Source: Rebecca billardiae RCC1528
Taxonomy: Eukaryota > Protista > Haptophyta
Direction of reading: 5' to 3'
Assembly: GCA_965240325.2 (NCBI GenBank)
Contig: OZ251230.1
Span: 1,922,001-1,986,000, forward strand
Length of the DNA: 64,000 bases
The translations under genes were made by a program, and so were the position numbers. This document shows positions 35,724 through 46,700 of the stretch, piece by piece; the stretch's first letter is position 1, and each line of letters begins with the position of its first letter. The notes under the pieces are model-generated. The model had not been told where the DNA came from and made no database searches. It was given only the letters and a program-made list of their open reading frames with translations.

Positions 35724-35987
35724 CCCACGGCGCCCCGGTGCACTGGCGCTGCTGCCAAGCAGTGTGATCGTTGGGCGTATCCACGTGGCGTTTCGACGAA
35801 CATTGCGTGCTCTTCCTAGGGAGCTGACCCACTTTCCTATGGCGAGATTCGCCGTCGGCGTCTCTGGGCGAACGACTCGACAGCGAGGACGGCAAGCTTT
35901 GCCGAGACAGGCCGAGAGCCCGAGACCAGACCGGATCGTCGTTCCGCTCCCCCCGATCGCCCGGGCCGCGCGCCCACGTCCGCGACC
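35724..35987. promoter_or_regulatory. Putative 264-bp bidirectional promoter shared by arsJ and GAPDH
   Basis: Head-to-head ATGs at 35723 (-) and 35988 (+). Promoter role is inferred from geometry only. Confidence 0.6.
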
Positions 35988-37022
35988 ATGCTGGGCAAGC
36001 CCAAGGCGATCATCAACGGGTACGGCCGGATCGGCCGCCTCACGATGCGCGCGCTCTTCGACCACTCCGAGCTCAACGTCGTCGCCATCAACGAGATCGC
36101 CGCGGACGCCGCCACGGCGGCGTACCTCACCGAGTTTGACACGCACCACGGCACGTGGAAGGCGGGCAAGGTGAAGGCGGAGAAGGACGCGATCGTGATC
36201 GACGGCAAGCGCGTGCGCTTCCTGCAGGCCAAGTCGCCCGCCGACGTGCCGCTCAAGGAGCTCGGCGTCACCATCGTCATCGAGTGCACGGGCGCGCACA
36301 ACTCGGCCGCCAAGCTCGAGCCTTTCTTCGCCAACGGCGCGAAGAAGGTGGTCGTGTCGGCGCCGGTGAAGGACGAGGGCGTGCCCAACGTGGTGCTCGG
36401 CGTGAACGAGCAGACCTACGACCCGAAGAAGCACCGCATCGTCACCGCCGCCTCGTGCACCACAAACTGCATCGCGCCGGTCATCCATCTGCTCCACCGG
36501 CGCGTGGGCGTGCGCCACGGCTCGATCACGACGATCCACTGCCTCACCAACACGCAGAGCGTGCTCGACGCGCCGTGGTGCGCGGAGAAGGAGCCGCGGC
36601 GCGCGCGCGGCGCCGTCAACAACTTCTACCCCACCACCACCGGCTCCGCCAAGGCCGTGGGCGAGGTGATCCCCGAGCTGAAGGGCAAGCTGAACGGTTT
36701 TGCCGTGCGTGTGCCGCTGGCGACCGCGTCGATGACGGACATCACGCTCGAGATGGCGCGCGAGGTGACGCGCGAGGAGATCAACGAGCTGGCGAAGGCG
36801 GCGGCCGCCGCCGAGCTCAAGGGCATCCTCGGCGTCGAGGAGCGCCTGCTCACCGCCGCCGACTACTGCAACGACGCGCGCTCGACCATCATCGATGCCT
36901 CGTCCACCCTCGTGGTGGGCGGCACGCAGCTCAAGCTGTACTGCTGGTACGACAACGAGTGGGGGTACAGCAACCGGCTCGCCGAGCTCGCGCGCAAGGT
37001 GGCGAGGCTGGGCGGTGCGTAG
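35988..37022 (+). CDS. GAPDH: Glyceraldehyde-3-phosphate dehydrogenase, ArsJ-associated type, intronless, no transit peptide
   Basis: INGYGRIGR, AASCTTNC catalytic motif, WYDNEWGY. Features recalled for the ars-linked clade: INE, YDPKKHRIVTAASC, HGSITTIH.LTNTQ, PTTTGSAKA. Confidence 0.95.
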   Translation: MLGKPKAIINGYGRIGRLTMRALFDHSELNVVAINEIAADAATAAYLTEFDTHHGTWKAGKVKAEKDAIVIDGKRVRFLQAKSPADVPLKELGVTIVIECTGAHNSAAKLEPFFANGAKKVVVSAPVKDEGVPNVVLGVNEQTYDPKKHRIVTAASCTTNCIAPVIHLLHRRVGVRHGSITTIHCLTNTQSVLDAPWCAEKEPRRARGAVNNFYPTTTGSAKAVGEVIPELKGKLNGFAVRVPLATASMTDITLEMAREVTREEINELAKAAAAAELKGILGVEERLLTAADYCNDARSTIIDASSTLVVGGTQLKLYCWYDNEWGYSNRLAELARKVARLGGA

Positions 37023-37830
37023 GCGGCGCGGCGCGACGCGGCGCGCGCCGTCGCCCCCCACCGGCGCCGGGGCGCGGCGGCCGCGCGCTGACTCGGGCGC
37101 GCCGACCGCCCGCTGCCTCTGCCGCCGCGCCGCTGCCGCCATCCGGCGATCAGACGAGGAGGGCGCGCCGCCGTCCGACTGAGCTGCCGCGGCGCGGCCT
37201 GGCCAGCATCACCAGCATAGTGCACGTACGCCATTTGCCATCATCCGAATGCTGTTGCAGTGCCGGAGTGCCCTGACAAGTGGCAGCCACTCCGCAACGC
37301 GCCCGGCGACATCGTCGTCACATCAATAATCACTATAATGAATAAATCATGCAGATTGCAGTGGCAACGCCGCGGCGCTACAGACAGCAGCTGATGCAGC
37401 GCGAGCGCCTGCGGCTGACAAAAGACAATAATGATGCTGCTACGACTATACGACGTACATACTCATAATCACCGACTAGCCGCGACTGCTGCTGACGACG
37501 AGTCAGAGGCGCAGGGAGGTCAGAGCCCCGGCGCCACAGCGTCACCGGCGCCACCGCGCCCGGGCCGCACCGGTCCGACTCGCCACGCCGGTCAGCGCCG
37601 CGCGCCGGTGTGATTGATTGACGACATCATCAGTCACAGTTGCGCGCGCCGCGCCGTCCAGCAGCCTCCGCCACCGTACGGCCGTCGGCTAATACCCATC
37701 TGCCAGAGATGGCTGGTCGACCGCGACCTGTCGGCCATGGCCGCGCAGCCAATATGATCGACGACGGCCGGCAAAATAACAGCTAGTAGTAGGCCTTCTT
37801 TCGTACATAGCCGGAGAGTCGCCTCGCGTG

Positions 37831-38334
37831 CTAAGCCTTGAGGGCCGCAATGACGGCATCGGCGTACGTATCCTTCGGGCACTTCTCGCCATCCTCCTTC
37901 TCGCCCGGCATGAAGTGCGTCACCTTACCATCGCGCACGATCATTGCGTAGCGTTTCGTCCTGACAAATGTCTCCGTGCCGCTGACCTCGCCAAGCGCGC
38001 GGCAGAGCTCGCACTTGTCGTCGGACAGGACGAGGATCGAGTCGCGGGGCACGCCAAGGGACGTCGCCCAGCCATAGCACACGAACGGGTCGTTCGTGCA
38101 CGTGCAAATGACGGTGTCCACCCCGGCCGCGCGCAGCTGGTCACCCATCGTGAGGAAGGAGGGCAGGTGCGTCTTCGAGCACGTCGGCGTGAACGCCCCT
38201 GGGATGGCGAAGATGACGACGGTCTTGCCAGGCGCGCACAACGCCTTCAGAGAGTGCGGCGTCGGCGGCGCATAGTCTGGCTGGCCCTCGAGCAGGGTCA
38301 CGTCAGGCACCTCGCTGCCGATGGTTGGAGCCAT
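37831..38334 (-). CDS. PRDX5: Peroxiredoxin, Prx5 / type II
   Basis: IFAIPGAFTPTCSKTHLP, NDPFV..GW, RTKRYAMIVRDGKV. Confidence 0.93.
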   Translation of the reverse strand: MAPTIGSEVPDVTLLEGQPDYAPPTPHSLKALCAPGKTVVIFAIPGAFTPTCSKTHLPSFLTMGDQLRAAGVDTVICTCTNDPFVCYGWATSLGVPRDSILVLSDDKCELCRALGEVSGTETFVRTKRYAMIVRDGKVTHFMPGEKEDGEKCPKDTYADAVIAALKA

Positions 38335-38758
38335 GCTGGAGGCTGTGGGCGGGCGTGAACTGCGACGACTTCGCCGCTCGATCCGGAATCAGCACGCGCC
38401 GGGCTTCGCTTCGTCCGGCTGGTTGCTCTCGGACTGGCTGGCGATCCCGGAAACCAAGGGCTGCTGTGCTGATCCCTGACTCTGTCTGATGACTGATCAG
38501 ACAGTCAGTCCTGACTCCTGTCTGTCTCCTGACTGAGAGACAACACTGCCGAGTGACGGCCAGCCAGGCGCTAGCTATCATCGCCGCCATTCGTCGCGGC
38601 GCTGCCAGCAGAATCCTTGTCTGTCCGTGACAAAGTGCGTAAGGATTAAGGACGAAGCAATCGCGTCACGCGATGATCATCCCGCCGATGCCAGCCCGAT
38701 GACTCGATGATCATCAAATAAGAACCATCACGGCTACTGGCATATTCCTCTATATATA

Positions 38759-39043
38759 GTCTATTTCAAGCGGGTACATTTGATTACGGCCCGCCCGCCA
38801 GTCCCGAGTCCGGTAGCAATGCCCCCCCAGGGGCGGGGGCATTGCTTTCGGGAGGGTGTGGCAGGATCCCGGGAACGCCCTTGAGCAACCCTACTTGTGG
38901 GGCCCTGTGGGACACTTCGCCTTAATTCGGGCGTTCATTCGTCGGCCGCAGGAATGCGAATTGATCATTTTCGGTACGCCCGGTTTCTATGACCGGACTG
39001 GCAAGTGGCAGCGGGGTCTGACCGGTTACCGGCCGCCAGAGCC
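38759..39043. repeat. Transposon-end-like segment with hairpin, related to 33150-33260 (inverted) and 51612-51672 (inverted)
   Basis: 38763-38883 resembles the reverse complement of 33150-33260. 38965-39002 is the reverse complement of 51635-51672. Confidence 0.7.
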
Positions 39044-39168
39044 ACGTTACCAAAAACTGAGGAAGTCCCCTTTATGACGGGCTCCTGGTGTAGTGCCACT
39101 GGTGGTGATCACTCGGACTGGCGGCCGAAGCCTCCAGCCCTACCCTGGCCAGCCCTCCACCATTGAAG

Positions 39169-40407
39169 CTAAAACTCCCACGACACATCTGCGCACTTGC
39201 CCACGCGTTCACAGCACGCGGTGTACAGGCTGCATTCGCTCCCGTTCCGACCGTGGGACTTGCACCCGTGCACACCGATCGCACGCCCGCGCATCACGCG
39301 CTCCTCCTGGTGCACCTCTGACCGCGCGAGGTGCAGGTGCCGCGGGATGTTCGCCACGGACTTGCACGCGCGCGCGCGCTCGTCAGCCGCGTGCAGCCCG
39401 CTGGATCCGAAAGTGCTTTGGTCGAGCAGGTCGACCTTGAGCGGCGCATCCGGCTTGGAGCGTCGCTTGCGATCGAGCCGCACCATCCGCTCCCAGTAGC
39501 GCGCGAACCACACGCGCGCGAACTCCGCCGCCTCCGCCGAGCGGCGCACGAGCATCACGCCCGTGTTCGCACGGCAGCCGCGTGCGCCGGTGTGGGCGTG
39601 CGCGTCAGCGCAGAGCGCCTTGCAGCGCATCTGCTCGCGCTCCCTAGCCGCATCGGAGGCGTTGCCGCACGCGCGGTCACATTGCTCAAAGTCGCGCGCG
39701 TTCCGAGCGCGCAACCCCTTCTCCGCGCGCGAGAAGAGCCGCACGCCGACGAACTTCGCCCGAGCCGCCATCGCGTCCGCGACGCCGCCGAGCGCGGAGC
39801 GCACGCCCGAGCACAGGGCAACGTCGGTGTCCAGCACGAGGGTGCTCGGGTACGGGACGTGTGCCAGGGTACGCGTCTTGATCAGGCGCGCGTAGCGCAC
39901 GACCGAGTCCTCGGCGAGCTTCTTGCGCAGCTTCGACTGCGCGGGCGCGTCCGTCCACGAGGGCCCGTACCGCTGCGAGACCTCGCAGGCAGTCGGGCAC
40001 TGAGCGCCCGCCGCGGCGCGCCGGCCGCCGCCGGCCGCTCGCTGCTCTGGCCCGGCAGGGCTGGGCGGAGTGGCGCATGGCACGTGGACAACGTCGATGC
40101 GGGGCTCGAGCTTGCGGATCCATCGGGATGCGCCGGGCTCCGCGCGCAGGTCCGCCAGCACCGCCTCTCGCGAGGAGGAGGTGAGGATGCACAGCGGCGT
40201 GCGCGGGTTGACGCTCGCCGTGCGAATCAGGTTCCACGCCAGCGCATGCGTCGTGTGCTGGTGAACCTGCAGCGACCTGAGCTGGAGCGCGTCGAGCTGC
40301 GCCAACGGCGGCCTCGCGCCCGCGTGCCGGAAGCAGTCCAGCCAGAAGCTGCCGAACACCCAACAGACCCCCATAGACGGTGACGCGAGCACCGCGTCGG
40401 CCCCCAT
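39169..40407 (-). CDS. Putative GT-A fold glycosyltransferase (nucleotide-diphospho-sugar transferase-like)
   Basis: KTRTLAHVPYPSTLVLDTD (DxD), ANTGVMLVRRS...FARVW, LDQSTF. 412-aa ORF starting at ATG. Confidence 0.6.
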   Translation of the reverse strand: MGADAVLASPSMGVCWVFGSFWLDCFRHAGARPPLAQLDALQLRSLQVHQHTTHALAWNLIRTASVNPRTPLCILTSSSREAVLADLRAEPGASRWIRKLEPRIDVVHVPCATPPSPAGPEQRAAGGGRRAAAGAQCPTACEVSQRYGPSWTDAPAQSKLRKKLAEDSVVRYARLIKTRTLAHVPYPSTLVLDTDVALCSGVRSALGGVADAMAARAKFVGVRLFSRAEKGLRARNARDFEQCDRACGNASDAAREREQMRCKALCADAHAHTGARGCRANTGVMLVRRSAEAAEFARVWFARYWERMVRLDRKRRSKPDAPLKVDLLDQSTFGSSGLHAADERARACKSVANIPRHLHLARSEVHQEERVMRGRAIGVHGCKSHGRNGSECSLYTACCERVGKCADVSWEF

Positions 40408-40701
40408 GCTGAGCTTTCAACTTGGCCTGCATGATCGGATAGATGAAGAAATATTGAAGAAGACTACGCGACGAAGTTCGATGGCGATATGCAGTTTTGA
40501 GCCGGCGGCGGCAAATAAAATGCGTGCTTCATCAAAGAAATTCGTCCGAACTCCGACGTCCGAATAATTACTGCTGTTCAGTGTTCTCCTCGGAGGAGAA
40601 CTGCTCGGCGCTACTGCTCGGACTATACTCTATAGCTATACGACTGTTAGTGCTGACCAAGATCCGACTGCGATGCCTGGGCTCACGCTCAGACCGACGA
40701 G

Positions 40702-43700
40702 TTAGAGCATCTCCGCGTATGTGCCGTCGGGCGAAGCGGCGCCCTCGCCGTTATTGGCCTTTGGCTTGCGCGACTCTCTCTGCGAGTCTGCCCCCGCCGC
40801 GCCGCGCCTCGAGCGGATCGACTGCATGAAGCCGAGCACGACAGGCAGCAGCACGAGGCCGTGCAGCGAGCCGCACAGCACCGTCGCCAGGTACATCCGG
40901 AAGTAGTACACCTGGAACACCGGGTACTTTGCGAACGCGAGCACGAGCACGCCGAGCAGCGTGGTGATCCCTCCGCTCACGACCGAGGAGCCGACAGAGC
41001 TCATGCACTTGCGCAGCTTCTGCACGTGGTCGCCCTGCGAGCGCGGGCGAGGGGCGGGCTGCGAGCGTGAGCGCGGGCTGACGGCGCGGGCGCGCGAGCG
41101 CTGCTGGACGCCCGGCCCTCCGGCCTCCTCCCCATCGCGCCGCTGCCCAGCCCACACGCCCAGCTCGTCGGCGCGCGCGCGCGCGCGCTCGAGCACGCCC
41201 GCGCCTCGGCACGCGGCGCGCACCTCGGCCATGTTGTAGGTCGAGGCGACGTGTGCCAAGTACTCGACAGAGAGGCCGATCGCCATCACCAGGTTGATGA
41301 TCGAGATGCCTGCGGGGCACGCGCGGCGGGCGCGGGGAGGAGAGGGCGGGTGAGCGGAGCACGGCGCCGTCCGTCGCGCGCGCGCAGCGTCGCGCCGCGC
41401 GCGGCGGGCCGGCCCTTTTCACGCGCGCGTATCCGCGCGCGCGCACCGTTCATGTGCACGTTGGCGAGCTGCATCACGCCGATCAGGTCGATCTGGTTGA
41501 GGACGAGCAGCAGCAGCACGGGCAGCGAGAGCAGCATGTTGCCCAGCAGCAGCGACATCACGCACAGGATCACGACGATGGCGGAGAAGAGCAACTTTGA
41601 CGCCTGCCGGTCGCGGGGCGCGCGCAGCGCCGGGCGCAGGACGGGGGGCGCGCGCGGCGCGGTGAGCGCGCGGCGCGGCGACGGGCGCGCGCGGCGCGCA
41701 CGGGCCGCGGCACGCGGCGTGCCCCGCGCGGCGGCGGCAGCGGCGGCGCGGCGGCGCGCACGTTGGGCACGAGGATGGCGTACTGCTCGTAGAAGACGTG
41801 GTACTCCGAGTAGGGGAAGATACTGACGCCCGTCTTGTCGGCAAACGGCTCACACAACGCGCGCATGTCGAGCATCGCCTGGACAAACTCGTCGGTGCTC
41901 TGCAGCGGCACGTGGAAGCCCATCACCTGCGCCGCGTCTGCAGGTGCGCGCGCGCGCGCGAGCGGCCGCGTGCGCAGACGGCGGGGAGCGGCGTGAGCGA
42001 GAGGGGGCGCGTCGCGCCACACGCGCCGCGCCGCGCGTCATGCGTGCGCCGCGCCGCGCCGCGCCGCGTCGCGCGCGCGACGAGCGCGCGCGCGCGCGCG
42101 CGCGCCGCACCGAGCCGCCCGGTCCGCGGGCAGAAGGAGAGGTAGTTCGCGTAGAACGCAAAGTCCGAGCCGGGCGCGAGGAACTCGCGCAGCCACGGGT
42201 AGAACTTGTCGACGGGCACGCGGCCCTCTGCGTCGATCACCTCCTGCGTGTGGTTCGAGACGACGAGCGCCCACTTTTGAAAGTCGCCGAGCCAGTCGAG
42301 AGCTGGCGGCTTGATCCACGGCGAGAGCTCGAGCGCGCGCACGAGCTCGCCGAGCACGTCCTGCGTCTCGTGCGACGAGAAGTCCACGCGCGGCCCCGGC
42401 GCGTCGTCCGGGTCCGCGCCCCTCTTCGCCGTCGTTATGTACACCGGCGGGCCGATGTCGGAATAGAATTCGAAGCGCTCAAAAAAGGTGGCCATGTAGC
42501 TCCCCTTGGGCAGCACCTCGCCAATCTCGAGGCCCTGGGCCACGTTGAGCGCGTGCGAGAGCGCGCCGAGGAAGAGCACGCCGAACGCGAGCAGCACGCC
42601 CCACCGCGTCGACGGCCGGTTGAGCCACGTGACGTACGTCGTCGAGAGCCAGCGGCTGAGCTCGTCGCCGGGCACGTCGTCGTCGCGAGGCTTCATCAGC
42701 TCGCGCACGTGTGACGGGCGGCGGTGGCGGCGCGGCGGCGCGTGCGCGGAGGGCGCGCGGCCGTTGGCGGCGCTGGGCTTGGCGCCGCCGCCGCCGCCGC
42801 CCGCGCCGTTGCCGCTCGGCGACTCGTGCCCGTTGCCGCCGCCGTGCGCACCCTCCTCGCGCGGCGCGGGCGGGTGGCCGCCGCCGCCCTCGGCGCGCGC
42901 GTGCGCGTCGGCCGCGCCCTCGGCCGCGCCCGCGCCGCGCCGGTCGAGCAGCCCGCCGACGCACGGCGTGAGGCAGGGCATGCAGTCGAGCTTGGACGCG
43001 CGCACGCGCCGCGCGTCCGCGGCGATCGCCGCGCCGAACACCGTCAGCTGCAGCGCGAGGTTCACCGCGAAGCCGAGAACGCACTGCTGGCAGAAGTACT
43101 TCACCGCCGGCATCACCGAGAGCGAGCCGACGGCGAACGCGAGCGTGGTCGCGGTGGAGGTGAGCGTGATGGTCGGGCCGACCTGCGCGAGGATCGAGCC
43201 AACGAGCTGCGCCGGCGTGAGCACGCGCGTGCGCGGCTCGCGGATCCGCGCGATGTACGTGTTCGAGAGGATGAAGATATTGTCCACGCCGATGCCGAGC
43301 AGCAGAAACGGCAGCACCTGCGTCGAGACCGGCGTGAACGGCACGCGCAGCAGCACAGTGAGGCCGAGCATGATGATGATGGAGCAGATCACGAGCGCGA
43401 CGCCGGTGAGGCCGAGCAGCACGTGCGAGCTAGTGCGCTGCGTCCCCGACATCGCGAACACCACGTACATGATCATCATCACGTACGACATGGCGAGCAA
43501 CGGGACGTCGGCGGAGGCGAGCCGCGCCACCTCCTCGTCCTGCGAGACCTGCGCCATGTAGGAGACCTGAACGTGCTGCGCGCGCGCGTTGGCGCGCTCG
43601 GCGACGTCGAGGAAGCCGTACTCGTACGCGCGCGCCTTCTCGAACGGCTTGCGCTCGAGCAGGATCGCGATCATCAGCGAGCGCGCGCGCAGCACGCGGC

Positions 43701-46700
43701 CGTGTCCGTCCGACTCGAGCCCGCCCAGCACCGTCTTGCGCAGGATCGGGATGCCGCACTCGTCCTTGGCAGCGAGGTTGGAGACGGTGGCGTAAAGGTC
43801 GTCGTCCGTGCGGTACGCGCGGCGCGGCCAGTACTTGAGCGGCGACTGGAAGACGCACGTCGTCGACTCGTTCGCCGCGGGGTTCCGGCACTGCACGCGC
43901 GAGCACACCTCGCCGAGCGTCGCGGTCGCGCCGTCCTTGGTGTACTGCAGGCTGCGCAGCTCCTCCTCGACGTCGGCTGCCTCGTCGAGGGCGGCGGGAA
44001 AGAGCACGTCGCCGCCGGGCTCCTTCGTCGTGATGATCATCACCTCGTGCCGCTGCTGCCCGAACCGCTCCGCGGTGAAGTCCGCCTGCCACACCGACGG
44101 CGTGCCCTGCGCCACCCACAGCTCGGTCGGCTTCGTCTCGAGCGAGAGGTTGCCGAGCTGCCCGAACGACCACGTGAGCGCGATCGCGAGCAGGACGAGG
44201 GCGTACACAGGATGCGCGGCGGTGAAGTGGCCGAGCGTGTAGTACGCCTCCTCGATGCGCTCGTACAGCGCGGTCGCGACCCCCTCGCCGTACGCCGCGT
44301 CCGACGGGAGCACGTCCACGCCGCCCGCGCCCGCCGATGGGCCGAGCACCGGTGAGCCTGGCTTGGATGGGGCGTCGCTGCTGCTGCCGCTGCTGCCCGC
44401 GCCGCCCGCCGCGTGCTCCGCCGGCGAGGCGGCGGCGGGCGCGGCGGAGCCGCACGCGCAGAGCGCCACGCCGAACGCCGCGGCGAGGATGCACGCGAAG
44501 ATCAGCAGGTACATCGGGATGCGGCCCGGGTGGCGCAGCGGCTCTGTCGGCAGCGTGTCGAAGCCAATCGCGAGCTCTGAGAGCGGCGGCGGGTCGGTGC
44601 ACGTGGTCTGCGCGTCGGCGGCGCCGACGCCCATCTTGGAGAAGGGGTTCTTGCCCACGAGGATGCGCAGCTGCGCCACCTCCTTCGTCTTCACGCCCGA
44701 CGCGATCTTCTCGAGCAGCTCCTCCGCGTCCTCAAAGTAGGTTTCCACGGTCGTGGTCGCGAGCATCTTGTGCGAAGCGCAGTCGTGCCACAGAGCGTCC
44801 GCCATCGCCGGGTCGACGTAGATGGTGACGTTGAACGAGCCGTCGGCGTTGGCGGTGACGTTGGACATGTAGTCGGCCTGGTGCGGCGAGCACGCCAGCC
44901 CGCACACCAGCTCGCTCAGCCGCTCGAAGCAGCACCCCTTCCCGAAGATGGGCGAGGCGACCGCGGTCAGGTTGCCGCCAATCGTCACCTCCAGGTCGAC
45001 CTCGCAGCACGACATCTCGCGGTACTGGCTGCAGAAGTTGAGCGGGCGCGGCTTGGCCTCGACCTGGAGGCACGCGGCCTGCGGCGCCGAGTCGAGCGTG
45101 CCCTCGAGGTCGGGCACCGGCTCGGGCAGCGGCCCGCCCGGCAGCATCGTGTCGCCGATCGCCAGGCCGGTGTCTGGGTTGGCGCCGACGCGCGCCATGA
45201 GCGTCGCCTTCCCCGGCCCAGGCTTGTACGTCGGGTCGGAGGTGACGGAGAAGGCCTCGCAGAACTGCACGGCGGTGGGGTACAGGTTGCCCAGCGTGTC
45301 GCCGAAGATCTCGGAGTACGCACCGCGGCACTTGGCGTACAGCCCGTCGCAGTACGACGGCGACAAGTAGTAGGACGCGTTGAGCGAGCCGTCAGGCAGG
45401 GGCACGGGCACGCCGTGCGCGTCGCGCTGCACCCACACAAAGTACGACTGGCGCGGCGAGCACGCCGAGGCGCAGGTGAGCGCGAGCACGGCGGGGAGGC
45501 ACTCGGAGCTCCCGCCCCCAAAGTTGCGCTTGAGCAGCTGCAGCTTCGACGAGAGCATGTGCTCCGACTCCGCGTAGCAGCACGCCGCCTCGTTGTGCTG
45601 CTTGCACAGCTCGAGGCCCGGCGCCGCGACCGCGTGGATCGGCTCGTCGTCCGAGAGCGGGCAGGTCTTGCCGACCTCGGCGGCGTTGGCGAGGCCGGGG
45701 ACGAGCGAGCGGCCGAACTGGCGCCGCGGCGGCCGGCCCACGCCCGCCTCGATCGTCGGCGCCGGCTTGCTCGGCGCCACCGCCACGGACACCTGCACGG
45801 TGCTCGCCGCGCGCTCGCGCGAACGTGAGCGCCTCGAGCGCCGGCCGCCGCCGCCGCCGCCGTCGCTCGAGCTGCCGCTCAGCTGGTGGTGGGCGGTCTT
45901 GGGCGGCGCGCGGCCGGGCGCGACGTCGGCGAAGACGGCGGCGAGCGCGTGGCAGAACGACGCGCCGTCCGTCACGCCGTGCTCCTCCAGCGCGCCCGCG
46001 CCGCCGCACGCGCCGAGCATGCGCTCGCACGCCGCCGGCAGTACAAAAACATGCTGCGAGTCCGACTCCGACTCGGCCGGGTCGACAAAGGTGGCCTGGC
46101 GGTCGGAGCAGCCGATGCCGCACATCGCGGCGGTGACGTTGGCCGCGCACGCGCCGCCCGCCGCCGCGAGCGCCTTCCCGAACGCCGACGTCGGCGCCTC
46201 CGCCCAGTCGGCGAGCCGCGCCGCCTCGGCGGGCGTGCAGCACGACGCGACGGCGTGCGCGGCGCACACGCTGCCCTCCAGCTGCGCCAGCGCCTCCGCC
46301 TCGTCGTCGTCGTCGTCGTCGCCGCCGCCGCCGAGCTGCGCGCCCGCGAGCCAGTCGTACGGCGCGCGGCCCTCGGTGCCGAGCGGGCACGCGTCCTTGG
46401 GCGCGTCGCACTCCGGCACGTCCACGCAGCGCTGCTGCGAGAGCATCAGGTCGCCCGGCGTCGTCTCGTCGTAATGCGAGTGCGGCTCAAACTTGTACCG
46501 CGGCGTGTGCGGCCCCGGCTCGAGCATCATGTTGAGGTACGGGCCGATGAGGGAGCACATCGCGGTGGAGTCGGAGAACTTCTCGGAGAACTTCTTGTTG
46601 TCCCGCGGGTCCGTCTCGTCCTTGCACGCCGCCACGATGTCCTCGCACCAGTCCTCGGAGACGCGGATCGTCACGTTCAGCGAGCCGTCCCTGTTGGTCT

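Noticed and set aside
33787-37142. 702-aa and 875-aa minus-strand ORFs as full genes, or an ArsJ fusion protein
   Set aside because: The 875-aa ORF is antisense read-through of GAPDH joined to arsJ exon 1 and the intron; the real start is 35723. The 702-aa ORF is an off-frame GC artefact.
33978-38334. Bacterial contamination explaining arsJ and GAPDH
   Set aside because: arsJ has a host-style GT-AG intron and an Ala-rich tail, and is contiguous with NPC1, UFSP and P2X eukaryotic genes.
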